Positions 10,091 to 19,504 of a stretch of DNA of 64,000 bases are shown here, one piece after another. Origin of the DNA: Verrucomicrobiia bacterium (GTDB lineage: Bacteria; Verrucomicrobiota; Verrucomicrobiia; Limisphaerales; UBA11358); NCBI GenBank assembly GCA_031290985.1, contig JARLJW010000085.1:42766-106765 (forward strand), written 5' to 3'. The position numbers and the translations under genes are program-made. Numbering within the stretch: the stretch's first letter is position 1; each line of letters opens with the position of its first letter. Under the pieces are notes generated by a model that saw nothing but the letters and a program-made list of their open reading frames with translations, was not told the DNA's origin and did no database searches.

Positions 10091-10891
10091 TCAAAGCCAG
10101 ACCGACTCACGCTGTCGCTGGTTGAAGCGGCAGGTCTCCGCATAACCGACGCTGCGGGCAAGGTCGACCGCCTCTTTGAAATTCATCCCCACCTCCTCCG
10201 GCGCATGCGCGTCCGAGCCAAACGTGATGGGCACATGCTTCGTAAACGCCAGTTGCAGCAGGTCGCGGCTCGGATAGATCTCCTTGCAGTCCTTCCGCAG
10301 CCCGGCGGTGTTCAGTTCGATGGCGCAATTTGCCTTGGCCGCCGCGTCGAGGAATGTTTCGTACAGCGGGGTGCAATCCCGGGCCGGGCGGATGCCGAAC
10401 TTTTTCGGCAAATCCGCGTGGCCGATAATGTCAAAAAGCCCGGATTCCGCCGCCAGCGCCAGCCGCTCAAAATAGGCCTGCCACACCTCAAACGCATCAC
10501 GCTTCTTCCACTCGGAAAGCTTGGCCGGATTGTCGATGTCCCACGACTCGGAAACATAGTGCACGCTGCCGATGAAGTAATCCCACGGATGCCGCCCGGC
10601 CAGCTCCCGGATCCAGCTCTCGTGACCGGGCAGGTAATCCACTTCGAGCGCAAGGCGGATGGTCAGTTGCGGAAAAGTTGTTTGCGCCAGGCGGACCTTG
10701 GCCACGTATTCATCCAGTTGCCGGTCGAACATCCGCCAGTTGTCGAAGTCATCCTGCGGCATCGGCGAGTGGTCGGAGAACCCGATCTCGGTCAGGCCGG
10801 TTTCCACGGCGTGGCGGGCGTAATCCACCGGCCCGCCCACCGCATGGCGGCACAACGGCGTGTGCATGTGATAATCCGCAGGCAACTGCAT
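10091..10891 (-). CDS. Histidinol-phosphatase, PHP (HisJ/HisK) family
   Basis: N-terminal DYHMHTPLCRHA, further His/Asp metal ligands (FSDH, GSVHY, GHADL, GSDAH), about 266 aa. Confidence 0.9.
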   Translation of the reverse strand: MQLPADYHMHTPLCRHAVGGPVDYARHAVETGLTEIGFSDHSPMPQDDFDNWRMFDRQLDEYVAKVRLAQTTFPQLTIRLALEVDYLPGHESWIRELAGRHPWDYFIGSVHYVSESWDIDNPAKLSEWKKRDAFEVWQAYFERLALAAESGLFDIIGHADLPKKFGIRPARDCTPLYETFLDAAAKANCAIELNTAGLRKDCKEIYPSRDLLQLAFTKHVPITFGSDAHAPEEVGMNFKEAVDLARSVGYAETCRFNQRQRESVWL

Positions 10892-11009
10892 CGGCGGAGT
10901 TTCAAGTTTCGGGTGTCAACTTTCAAGCGCTGAATGTCGGATAAAAGCTGCGGGAATTTATTGCGGCACCGGTCGCTACTCCATGAAGGCGCGGAAAAAT
11001 GATTTCTGA

Positions 11010-11327
11010 ATGACCGTCAGCATTCTGCGCGGCCTGGTTTTATGCGCGATTCTGGCGGATGTGCACAACCCATGCACGCCGCCACGGTGTGGAATGGCCC
11101 GCTGTTCACATACAACCAGCCCGCGCCCAACCCCAAACAGGCCACCAATCAGGACCGGCCAGTGTCAGCAGCATAGCGCCTCCGTCGGCTTGAGCCGCCG
11201 CTTCAGCAAGAACATCTCCGCCAAACTGCAATACCGTTTTGCCCTCTACAATGAACCCAGCAGCGGCGGGGCGAACAACTATCAGGCGCACTCCATCTTC
11301 GGCACGCTCATGTTTCAATTCCGATGA
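11010..11327 (+). pseudogene. Possible remnant of an outer-membrane beta-barrel gene (last strands only)
   Basis: The ORF tail ...SAKLQYRFALYNEPSSGGANNYQAHSIFGTLMFQF has an alternating aromatic pattern and a terminal F typical of OMP C-termini. The N-terminal part is not protein-like. Confidence 0.25.
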
Positions 11328-11448
11328 CCCAAAACTCCGCGTCACGGTTGAAATGATCCCCAGAACATTCATCGCCGGCCTGCGGTGAGCACAAAAAGGT
11401 TTGCGGGGGCTGAAACCTATGCGAGGTTTGCCTCGTCTGTGACAATAT

Positions 11449-12931
11449 ATGTTCAAGCCGCTTTCCGAAAAGGACTGGAATTATTCCACCGCGGCGCATC
11501 TGCTGAACCGCGCCGGGTTTGGCGGAACGCCGGCGGAGATCAAAAGCCTGGCTGATCTGGGACCGGACCGGGCCGTTGCCTCGCTGCTGGACTACGAATC
11601 GATTCCCGATCCAACCCTCAACCCCGATTGGGCGAAGCCGAACCCCGAGGAAATCGCCAAGTACCGCGAGATCGTCCGCACCGGGACGCCCGAGGAAAAA
11701 AAGGAGGCACAGCGCGAGCAGCAGCAGACGTTTCAACGGCGCATGATGGAATTGCGCGGCTGGTGGATGCAACGCATGGCGCACGGCCCGCGGCCCTTTC
11801 AGGAAAAGATGGTGCTGTTCTGGCATGGCCATTTTGCGACCAGCGTCGAAAAGGTACGCAACCCGTATTTCATGTGGCGGCAGAACGATCTGTTCCGCCG
11901 TTTCGCCACCGGCAACTGGCAGCAAATGCTCCTCGAAACCGGCAAGGACCCGGCCATGCTCGTCTGGCTCGATCAGGGCCAGAGCCGCAAGGATCACCCG
12001 AACGAAAATTACGCGCGCGAGGTCATGGAACTGTTTGCGCTCGGCGAAGGACATTATACGGAGAAAGACATCGCCGAGGGCGCGCGCGCTGACCGGCTGG
12101 TCCATGAATCCCGAGCAGCAACAATTCATGTTCCGCCCGCGCATCCACGATGACGGCGACAAGACCTTCCTCGGCCGCACCGGAAATTTTGATGGTGACG
12201 ATGTGATCCAGATTATCGTCTCGCAGCCACAGGCCGCCCGCTTCATCACCGGCAAGCTCTGGAATTATTTCGCCGGCCAGGTGCCCTCATCGGAACTCAA
12301 TGGCGCGCTCGCTGATGTGTTCCGCGCGAATGGAAACAATTTCAAGCCGTTCCTGCATACGATGTTCCGCAGTCAGGAATTTTACGGCAGCGACATCATC
12401 CGCAACCAGGTGAAAAGCCCGCTGCAATGGCTCATCGGCAGCGTGCGGATGCTCGAATGTGATCTGCCTCCGACCATCGTGAGCTGGGGCATGACCCGCC
12501 AGCTTGGCCAGGATCTCTTCGCGCCGCCCAACGTCAAAGGCTGGGACGGCGGCGTTACCTGGATCACCACAAATACCCTGCTCACCCGTTATAACGATGC
12601 CCAATCGCTGGTCGAAGGCACCCTGCCCCAGCTGGCCGCGGCAGACTTTGCCAAAAAGCCCGGCGGTGGCGGCGGTGGAAAAATCGAGAAAGCCATGCAA
12701 CGTGTACGCATGGGCGGCGTGAAACTCGACAAAATTTTAACCCGGGAAGAACGCGCCGACAAGGATGCCATGGTGGCCTCGCTCCAAAACCGCCTGTTCC
12801 AGACCACGCTTAAAAAAGATCAGCAGCAGGCGCTGCACGATTTCCTCGATTCCAAAACCAAACTCAACGACGCCGACATCATCACCGCCATCCGCCTGAT
12901 GATGTCCACGCCCGACTACCAGGTCACCTGA
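11449..12931 (+). pseudogene. DUF1800 family protein, reading frame broken once at about 12080-12089
   Basis: ORF 11449-12153 carries the N-terminal half (...HLLNRAGFG..., FWHGHFATS, ENYAREVMELFALGEGHYTEKDIAEGARA). ORF 11825-12931 in the +1 frame continues with LTGWSMNPEQQQFMFRPRIHDDGDKTFLG.... The junction lies in a (GC)5 tract. Confidence 0.85.
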
Positions 12932-12934
12932 CGT

Positions 12935-14290
12935 ATGAAAAACGAAATCACCCTCCAGACGCGCCGCGAATTCCTGCGCCGCACCGTCCTCGGCAGCGCC
13001 CTCTCCTGGACCGTGCCCGTGTTTCTGGCCGACACTTTTTCCGCGCTGCAGGCGCAAGCCGCCGATTCCGCCACCCAGACCATCACCGGCAAGGATGACA
13101 CCATCTTGGTCGTGCTCCAGATGGCCGGCGGCAACGATGGCATCAACACCGTTGTCCCCTATTCCAACGACTTCTATCACAAAGCGCGCCCGCAAATCGG
13201 TTTGAAGGCGGACAACGTTTTAAAATTGAACGACGACATCGGCTTCAACAGCGCGCTGAAAGGGTTCAAGGAACTTTATGACGGCGGCGAACTGTCCGTG
13301 ATTCAAGGCGTTGGTTATCCGAACCCCAACCGCTCGCACTTCCGCTCCACGGAAATTTGGCAGACCGCCAGTGATTCCGACCGCATTGAAAAATACGGCT
13401 GGGTCGGCCGCTACTTTGACAATGCCTGCGCCGGGGCCGATCCCGCCGTCGGTGTGACCATCGGCAGCCAGTTACCCGAGTCTTTTTTTGCCAAGCACCC
13501 GAAAGGCATCTGCTTCAGCAATCCGCAGAACTACCGTTTCATGTCCAACGGCCAGGCGACGGAAGATTCTTATAAAAAATTGAACGAGGTTGAGATGTCC
13601 GGCGACATGCATGCCGACAGCCCGCAGGATGACAGTTCCGGCGACATGTTGAATTCCGGCGGCAGCATCGGCATGTTGCCCGCCGGGATGCCCATGACCG
13701 GCGGCAAGGCGGTTGACTTCATTTCCCGCACCGCGCTCGACGCCCAGCATAGCTCCGACGAGATTCGCGGCATCGCTGCCCGCGTGCAGAATCAGGCCAC
13801 CTATCCTGGTTCGCTGCTCGGCAACTCGCTCAAGATGGTGGCCAAGCTCATTGGCGGCGGGCTGCCCACGCGCATCTACTACGTCTCCCAGGGCGGCTAC
13901 GACACACACACCAACCAGGTCAACACCCAGACCCGCCTGCTCGGTGACCTCGGCGATTCCATGAAAGCCTTCGTTGAAGACATGAAAGCACAGGGCAACA
14001 TGGGCCGCGTGCTCGTGATGACCTTCAGCGAATTCGGCCGGCGCGTGTCCGAAAACGCCAATGGCGGCACCGACCACGGCGCGGCTGCGCCCATGTTCAT
14101 CGTCGGCAACAAGGTCAAGGCCGGCCTGCTCGGCAAATATCCCAGCCTCGCCCCGCAGGACCTGTATCAAGGCGACGTGAAATACAACGTGGATTTCCGC
14201 AGCGTCTACGCCGGCGTGCTGGAAACCTGGCTTAAAACCAAGAGCGCCCCGATCCTCGGTAAAAAATTTGAGCCGCTGCAGGTGGTGTAA
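12935..14290 (+). CDS. DUF1501 domain protein (sulfatase-like fold), Tat signal
   Basis: Twin-arginine leader TRREFLRRTVLGSAL. Motifs MAGGNDGINTVVP, GGYDTH, GGTDHG. Immediately downstream of its usual partner, DUF1800. Confidence 0.93.
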   Translation: MKNEITLQTRREFLRRTVLGSALSWTVPVFLADTFSALQAQAADSATQTITGKDDTILVVLQMAGGNDGINTVVPYSNDFYHKARPQIGLKADNVLKLNDDIGFNSALKGFKELYDGGELSVIQGVGYPNPNRSHFRSTEIWQTASDSDRIEKYGWVGRYFDNACAGADPAVGVTIGSQLPESFFAKHPKGICFSNPQNYRFMSNGQATEDSYKKLNEVEMSGDMHADSPQDDSSGDMLNSGGSIGMLPAGMPMTGGKAVDFISRTALDAQHSSDEIRGIAARVQNQATYPGSLLGNSLKMVAKLIGGGLPTRIYYVSQGGYDTHTNQVNTQTRLLGDLGDSMKAFVEDMKAQGNMGRVLVMTFSEFGRRVSENANGGTDHGAAAPMFIVGNKVKAGLLGKYPSLAPQDLYQGDVKYNVDFRSVYAGVLETWLKTKSAPILGKKFEPLQVV

Positions 14291-14302
14291 TAAACTCACG
14301 AT

Positions 14303-14617
14303 GGTAGGGCGCGTCGCTCCGCGCGCGCCGCGCTTGCCAACCGACGCATCCTGACTAACCACAACGGCACGCTCGGAATGACGCACCCTGCCCGCGCGCC
14401 AGCGTGTTTTTTGGACTGCGGCGGGAAGCGTAGCGCCACGCCGCTTTCGCCCGCACGAAAATCATTCAACTTCAGTTTCGCCCTCGTCCGCCCCAAAGCG
14501 CCGTCGCCGCTCCCGCTCTGCCGGCGCAGTCCAAGACGCTTCGGATCTGCAACGCTACCGCGCGCCAGCGTCTTGAAATGCGCCAGTTCTCTGCGCTCTT
14601 TACAAGCGCACCGTTGG
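14303..14617. repeat. Composite GC-rich palindromic repeat cluster (modules A-B-C-D)
   Basis: Module A ggtagggcgcgtcgctccgcgcgcgccgc..ccaaccg. Module B gcgccagcgtgt...ccgctttcgcccgc. Module C cgtccgccccaaagcg...gcgcagtccaagacgct. Module D accgcgcgccagcgtcttgaaatgcgccag. Modules recur at 19219-19394 and 20205-20267. Internal inverted repeat gcgcagtccaagacgct / agcgtcttgaaatgcgc. Confidence 0.7.
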
Positions 14618-14695
14618 AAAATGAGCCAGGCATGCCTCTTCGGCTTTGAAAACTAAACCTGCTCCATTCGTTATTCTCGCCACCTCCCGCCAGAA

Positions 14696-15289
14696 TCACT
14701 GATCTTCCCGCACCGAATCCAACCTCGCCTCCGCCGCCTTGGACTCCATCACCAGCGCCTTGAATTTCCACACGCCGTGCGATCCCAGCGTCCCCGCGTA
14801 GTCGGAGGCCTTGCCCATGGAAGCGCCCTTGGCGTCGAACAGGTTGAACTCCGCCTTCACCCCAAAACGCTGCTTGTCGGACAAGTTGCGGACGGTGCCC
14901 ACCACATAGACGAGCGAACTGCCCGGCGTCTTTTCCAGCTTGAATGCGGAGATGGCAAAACCGTTGGTGGTCGTTTCCTCCGGCGGTTTGACGACTGGTG
15001 CCGGCGCGGGCGCGGTTGCCGTAACGGGCTTCTCCGGCGCAGGAACCGGGGCCGGTTTTTTCGGAAAGAAAAATGCGAGCGCGACGGCGGCGAAGACCAC
15101 CCAAAACGCCAGGACTCCTAAAACCAGCAACCGGCGGGATTTTCCCACGGTCGCCGCTCCTGCCGCCGGCAATTCCACGGGCTGCCCGCAGTGCGGACAC
15201 GCGATGGTTTGCCCGCCGGCCACGGCGGGAAATTCAATGTGGCCCGCACAATGGCGGCATTCATATTTCAGATAATCAGATTTTGTCAT
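14696..15289 (-). CDS. Membrane-anchored zinc-ribbon protein with a C-terminal beta-sandwich-like domain
   Basis: N-terminal CRHC...CPHC zinc ribbon, one TM segment (LLVLGVLAFWVVFAAVALAFFF), a Pro/Ala linker and a C-terminal domain. Coding-like composition. Confidence 0.8.
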   Translation of the reverse strand: MTKSDYLKYECRHCAGHIEFPAVAGGQTIACPHCGQPVELPAAGAATVGKSRRLLVLGVLAFWVVFAAVALAFFFPKKPAPVPAPEKPVTATAPAPAPVVKPPEETTTNGFAISAFKLEKTPGSSLVYVVGTVRNLSDKQRFGVKAEFNLFDAKGASMGKASDYAGTLGSHGVWKFKALVMESKAAEARLDSVREDQ

Positions 15290-15326
15290 GTTTGGCGCAA
15301 TAACTGCGAATTAACGAAACCTAACG

Positions 15327-15355
15327 TTAGCAATAAGCGTCGAATGGATTATAAT
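15327..15355 (+). promoter_or_regulatory. Sigma-70-like promoter candidate TTAGCA-17 nt-TATAAT
   Basis: Read directly. The -10 element ends 10 nt before the ATG at 15366, implying a leaderless or near-leaderless mRNA. No SD sequence is visible. Confidence 0.3.
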
Positions 15356-15365
15356 ACTACATCCT

Positions 15366-16775
15366 ATGAACCCAGACGAGCATAAGCAAGTTGACCTCGA
15401 GGATCGTTTTTTGACGCGCCGCCAGTTTTTGCAGCGGGCCGGCATGGGTTTTGGCGCCCTGAGTCTGGCCTCCCTGCTGGGCGAAGGCCTGCTGTCCGTC
15501 GCCAATGCGCAGGAGGCCGAGGCCACGTTGCTCCCCAAGACCCCGCCGCTGCCGGCACGGGCCAAGCACGTTGTCCACATTTTCGCCCAAGGTGCCCCAT
15601 CCCATGTGGACACTTGGGATTACAAACCCTCCCTGGCCAAATACGACGGCCAGTCGATTCCCGGCATGGAGGGCGTGGCCATGGCATCGCCGTTCACGTT
15701 TTCCAAAAAGGGCAAATCCGGCATCGAAGTCAGCGAAGTGTTCCCGCAGATGGGTGAACAGGTGGATGACCTCTGCGTCATCAAGTCCATGTACACCGAC
15801 ATCCCGGCGCATGAGGTCGCAACCATCATGATGAACACCGGCTCACGGCTCGTCCGCCCGAGCATCGGTTCGTGGGTGCTGTACGGCCTCGGTTCGGAAA
15901 ACCAGAACATGCCCGGGTTTGTCTCGCTCCGCCCCGGCGGCCCGCCGCCCGGCGGCACGGCCAACTGGCAGTCGTCCTTTCTCCCGGGGATTTACCAGGG
16001 CGTGAGCATCAATACAAAAGTTCCGACGCTCAACCAGCTCATCGAAAACATCCGCAACCCCAACACGCCCCTGCCCGAACAACGCCGCCAGCTCGACCTT
16101 GTCCACAAGCTGAACGAACTCCACAGCCAGAACCTGCAAAAAGAGGCGCAGTTGGAATCCCGGCTCGAGGCGTTTGAGATGGCGTTCAAGATGCAGACCG
16201 AGGCCACGGATGCGTTTGATTTGAACAAGGAGCCGCAAACCGTCCGCGACGCTTATGGCCGCACTTCACAAGGGAACCAGTTGCTCATCACCCGCCGGCT
16301 CATCGAACGCGGTGTGCGCTTCGTCCAAGTTTGGGCGGGCGGCTGGGATCATCATCAGGATTTGGAGGAAAAGCTCCCGGACCGCGCCAAGGACATCGAC
16401 CAGCCGCTCGCGGCGTTCATCCGCGATCTGAAACAGCGCGGCCTGTTTGACAGCACACTCATCGTCTGGGGCGGCGAATTTGGCCGCAAGCCTGTGCGCG
16501 ACCGCAACGGCGGTGAGAACCCCGGCCGCGACCACAATGCCAAGGCGTTCACGACGATCCTTGCCGGCGGCGGCGTGCGCGGCGGCATGACGTACGGCGC
16601 GACCGATGAATTTGGCTCGGCCTCGGTAACGGACAAAGTCCACGTCCACGACCTACACGCCACGATCCTCGCGCTGCTCGGCTTCGACCACACCAAGCTG
16701 ACCTACCGTTACAACGGCCGTGATTTCCGCCTGACGGAAACCAGCGGTGAAATCATCAAGGCGGTTTTTGCATGA
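15366..16775 (+). CDS. DUF1501 domain protein, Tat signal
   Basis: TRRQFLQRAGMGFGAL leader. Motifs WGGEFGR and GRDHN. 4-nt overlap with the downstream PSCyt/DUF1553 gene. Confidence 0.93.
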   Translation: MNPDEHKQVDLEDRFLTRRQFLQRAGMGFGALSLASLLGEGLLSVANAQEAEATLLPKTPPLPARAKHVVHIFAQGAPSHVDTWDYKPSLAKYDGQSIPGMEGVAMASPFTFSKKGKSGIEVSEVFPQMGEQVDDLCVIKSMYTDIPAHEVATIMMNTGSRLVRPSIGSWVLYGLGSENQNMPGFVSLRPGGPPPGGTANWQSSFLPGIYQGVSINTKVPTLNQLIENIRNPNTPLPEQRRQLDLVHKLNELHSQNLQKEAQLESRLEAFEMAFKMQTEATDAFDLNKEPQTVRDAYGRTSQGNQLLITRRLIERGVRFVQVWAGGWDHHQDLEEKLPDRAKDIDQPLAAFIRDLKQRGLFDSTLIVWGGEFGRKPVRDRNGGENPGRDHNAKAFTTILAGGGVRGGMTYGATDEFGSASVTDKVHVHDLHATILALLGFDHTKLTYRYNGRDFRLTETSGEIIKAVFA

Positions 16776-19174
16776 AAAGATTCCTGCCGCTGCTGTTGTC
16801 GGTTGTTTTCCTCTCCGCGAATTCCGGGCGCGCCCTGGCCGCCGACCTCACGCCGTCGCAACTCGAATTCTTTGAAAGCAAGATCCGGCCGATCCTGGTC
16901 GACAACTGCTACAAGTGCCACAGCGTCGACGCGGAGAAGATCAAAGGCGGCCTGCTGCTGGATTCCCGCGATGGCGTGCTCAAGGGCGGCGATTCGGGCA
17001 AGGTGATCGTGCCGGGCGATCCGGAAGCGAGCCTGCTGATCAAGGCCGTGCGCTACGGCGACCCGGATTTGCAGATGCCGAAAAATAAAAAGCTGCCGGA
17101 TGACCAGATTGCCGCGCTGGAACAATGGGTGAAAATGGGCGCACCCGATCCGCGCGTGGCGACCGCCAGTTCCAAAACCTGGACCGACAACAAAACCAAC
17201 CACTGGGCCTGGCAGCCGATCAAACGTGTCCCCGTTCCCGAAGTGGACGACAACGGCTGGAGCAAGACGCCGGTGGATAAATTCATTTTTGCAAAGCTGG
17301 CCGAAAAAGGTTTGCAGCCCAATCCTCCGGCGGATAAACGCACGCTCATCCGCCGCGCCACGTTTGACTTGATCGGCCTGCCGCCCACGCCGGAAGAAGT
17401 GCAGGCGTTCCTGGACGATTCGTCACCGGACGCCTTTGCCAAGGTCGTGGACCGGCTGCTCGCCTCGCCGCATTACGGCGAGCGTTGGGGCCGGCACTGG
17501 CTTGACGTGGCCCGCTACAGCGACACCAAGGGCCAGCCCCGCCGCAATGACGAGGACAACGTCAATCCCTTCGCGTGGACGTATCGCGATTACGTCATCC
17601 GGAGCTTCAACGAGGACAAGCCCTATAACCGTTTCGTCTTGGAACAGATCGCCGCCGACCGGCTTTCAACTTCCCGGCAAAATCCCACCAACCTCGCGGC
17701 GCTGGGCTTCCTCACCGTGGGCGATCATTTCATGGGGATGCAAAACGACATCATCAATGACCGCATTGACGTTGTCGCCAAGGGTTTTCTGGCCCTGACG
17801 GTGACCTGTGCGCGCTGTCACGATCACAAGTTCGACCCGATTCCGCAGAAGGATTATTATTCTTTCCATGGCATTTTCGCCAGTTGTGTCGAGCCCAAGC
17901 TCGAGCCGGTCGTCTCGCCCATCAAGGTCACGCCGGCATTTGAAACCTACCACGAACAGCGGGACAAGCTGGCCTTTGAGCAGTCCAACCTGGAAACCTC
18001 ATTGCCCAAGCTTCGGAAAAACAAGGATCAGGAGGCGTTCAAGGAAGCCCGGCGCACGTTGCAACGGGTCGTCCACGACATCGCCATGCTGGACCTGACG
18101 AACACCGCCGCGCCGATGCACGCGATGGTCTTGGAAGACACCGTCCGCGGGCATGATTCGCCGGTCTTTCTGCGCGGCGATCCCGGCAACCGGGGCGAAC
18201 TTGTCCCCCGCCGTTTTCTCCAGATGTTGTCCGCGCCCAACCGCCCCATCTACACGAATGGCAGCGGCCGCCTCGAACTGGCCATGGCCATTGCCAGCAA
18301 AAACAATCCGCTGACCCCGCGCGTCATGATCAACCGCATCTGGGAGCATCACTTCGGCGAGGGCTTTGTGCCGACCCCGGATGATTTCGGCATGATGTCC
18401 GAACCGCCGAGCCATCCGGAACTGCTGGATTACCTCGCCACGCAATTCATGAACAACGGCTGGAGTGTAAAAAAAATCCACCGGCTGATCATGCTCTCAA
18501 GCGTCTATCAGGAAAGCGCCACCGGCAACCCGCGCTTCGCCGAGATCGATCCCGGCAACCGCCTGCTCTGGCGTGCGAACACGCGCCGGCTGGAGTTCGA
18601 GCCGTTGCGCGATTCGCTCCTCGCCATCGGCGGCATGCTGGACACGAACCTTTACGGCCGCCCCGTTCAAAACCGCGCCCTCGATTCCAATCGGCGCACC
18701 ATCTACAACCTCGTGGACCGTGCGAACATAGCCGACGTGCTGGTGAACTTTGATTTCGCCAACCCGGACATGGTCACCGGCGCGCGTTACCAGACCACCG
18801 TGCCGCAGCAGGCGTTGTACCTCATGAACAACCCGCTCGTCATCAACCTCGCCAAAAAGCTCGTTGCCATGCCGGATTTTCTGGACCGGACGGACGATGA
18901 ATCGAAGCTGCAATTTCTGTATGAACGCATTTACCAGCGTCTGCCGGAACCGGTGGAAACCCAGCTTGGCCTGGAGTTCGTCACCTCCACGCAACTTCTC
19001 GACGACTCCACCAACGCTTTAGCCGCCATCCCACCGCCGGAACAGCTCAATGCCAAGGGCAAACCTGTCAAGCATCCGGTAAATAACACTCCGAAAAAGC
19101 CCGTGCCCCTGACCGCCTGGCAGGAATACGCGCAAGCGCTTCTGCAAGCCAACGAGGCTTCGTTTGTAAATTAA
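16772..19174 (+). CDS. Planctomycete cytochrome c (PSCyt) / DUF1549 / DUF1553 (PSD1) protein
   Basis: N-terminal signal, heme-like motif CYKCHS, DUF1549-type WAWQP...PVDKFI block, CARCHDHKFDP and C-terminal DUF1553 blocks. Confidence 0.93.
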   Translation: MKRFLPLLLSVVFLSANSGRALAADLTPSQLEFFESKIRPILVDNCYKCHSVDAEKIKGGLLLDSRDGVLKGGDSGKVIVPGDPEASLLIKAVRYGDPDLQMPKNKKLPDDQIAALEQWVKMGAPDPRVATASSKTWTDNKTNHWAWQPIKRVPVPEVDDNGWSKTPVDKFIFAKLAEKGLQPNPPADKRTLIRRATFDLIGLPPTPEEVQAFLDDSSPDAFAKVVDRLLASPHYGERWGRHWLDVARYSDTKGQPRRNDEDNVNPFAWTYRDYVIRSFNEDKPYNRFVLEQIAADRLSTSRQNPTNLAALGFLTVGDHFMGMQNDIINDRIDVVAKGFLALTVTCARCHDHKFDPIPQKDYYSFHGIFASCVEPKLEPVVSPIKVTPAFETYHEQRDKLAFEQSNLETSLPKLRKNKDQEAFKEARRTLQRVVHDIAMLDLTNTAAPMHAMVLEDTVRGHDSPVFLRGDPGNRGELVPRRFLQMLSAPNRPIYTNGSGRLELAMAIASKNNPLTPRVMINRIWEHHFGEGFVPTPDDFGMMSEPPSHPELLDYLATQFMNNGWSVKKIHRLIMLSSVYQESATGNPRFAEIDPGNRLLWRANTRRLEFEPLRDSLLAIGGMLDTNLYGRPVQNRALDSNRRTIYNLVDRANIADVLVNFDFANPDMVTGARYQTTVPQQALYLMNNPLVINLAKKLVAMPDFLDRTDDESKLQFLYERIYQRLPEPVETQLGLEFVTSTQLLDDSTNALAAIPPPEQLNAKGKPVKHPVNNTPKKPVPLTAWQEYAQALLQANEASFVN

Positions 19175-19218
19175 GGGCGGTGAAATTTCTGGTTTGGCAT
19201 CTGGGCTCGTCATGCTCA

Positions 19219-19394
19219 GGTAGGGCACGTCGCTCCGCACGCGCCGCGCCGGCCAACCGGTGTATGCTTGCTCACAACAACACTTCGCCCACACCATTCC
19301 CCCCAACCTGGGCGCCAGCGTGTAACCGCGACACCGCTTTCCGCCCGCCCGATAACCTTTCGATTTTAGATATGGCCCCGTCCGCCCCAAAACG
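19219..19394. repeat. Left part (modules A, B', C') of the composite repeat seen at 14303-14617
   Basis: ggtagggcacgtcgctccgcacgcgccgcgccggccaaccg, ggcgccagcgtgt..ccgctttccgcccgc and cgtccgccccaaaacg are collinear with modules A-C. Confidence 0.65.
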
Positions 19395-19504
19395 TCACTT
19401 GACCCGGCGCAAGTGCTGAACTAGTGTCGCCTCGTAAAATAAGAAACCCGCAAGTTGCAATCAACTTAACCACTTCATAACTTATCGTTTACCCGTACCA
19501 TTCT

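Noticed and set aside
14296-14656. Small ORFs across the repeat cluster (for example 14378-14656, ...CGGKRSATPLS...)
   Set aside because: They are translations of GC-rich palindromic repeat modules that recur intergenically at 19.2 and 20.2 kb, and they are not coding-like.
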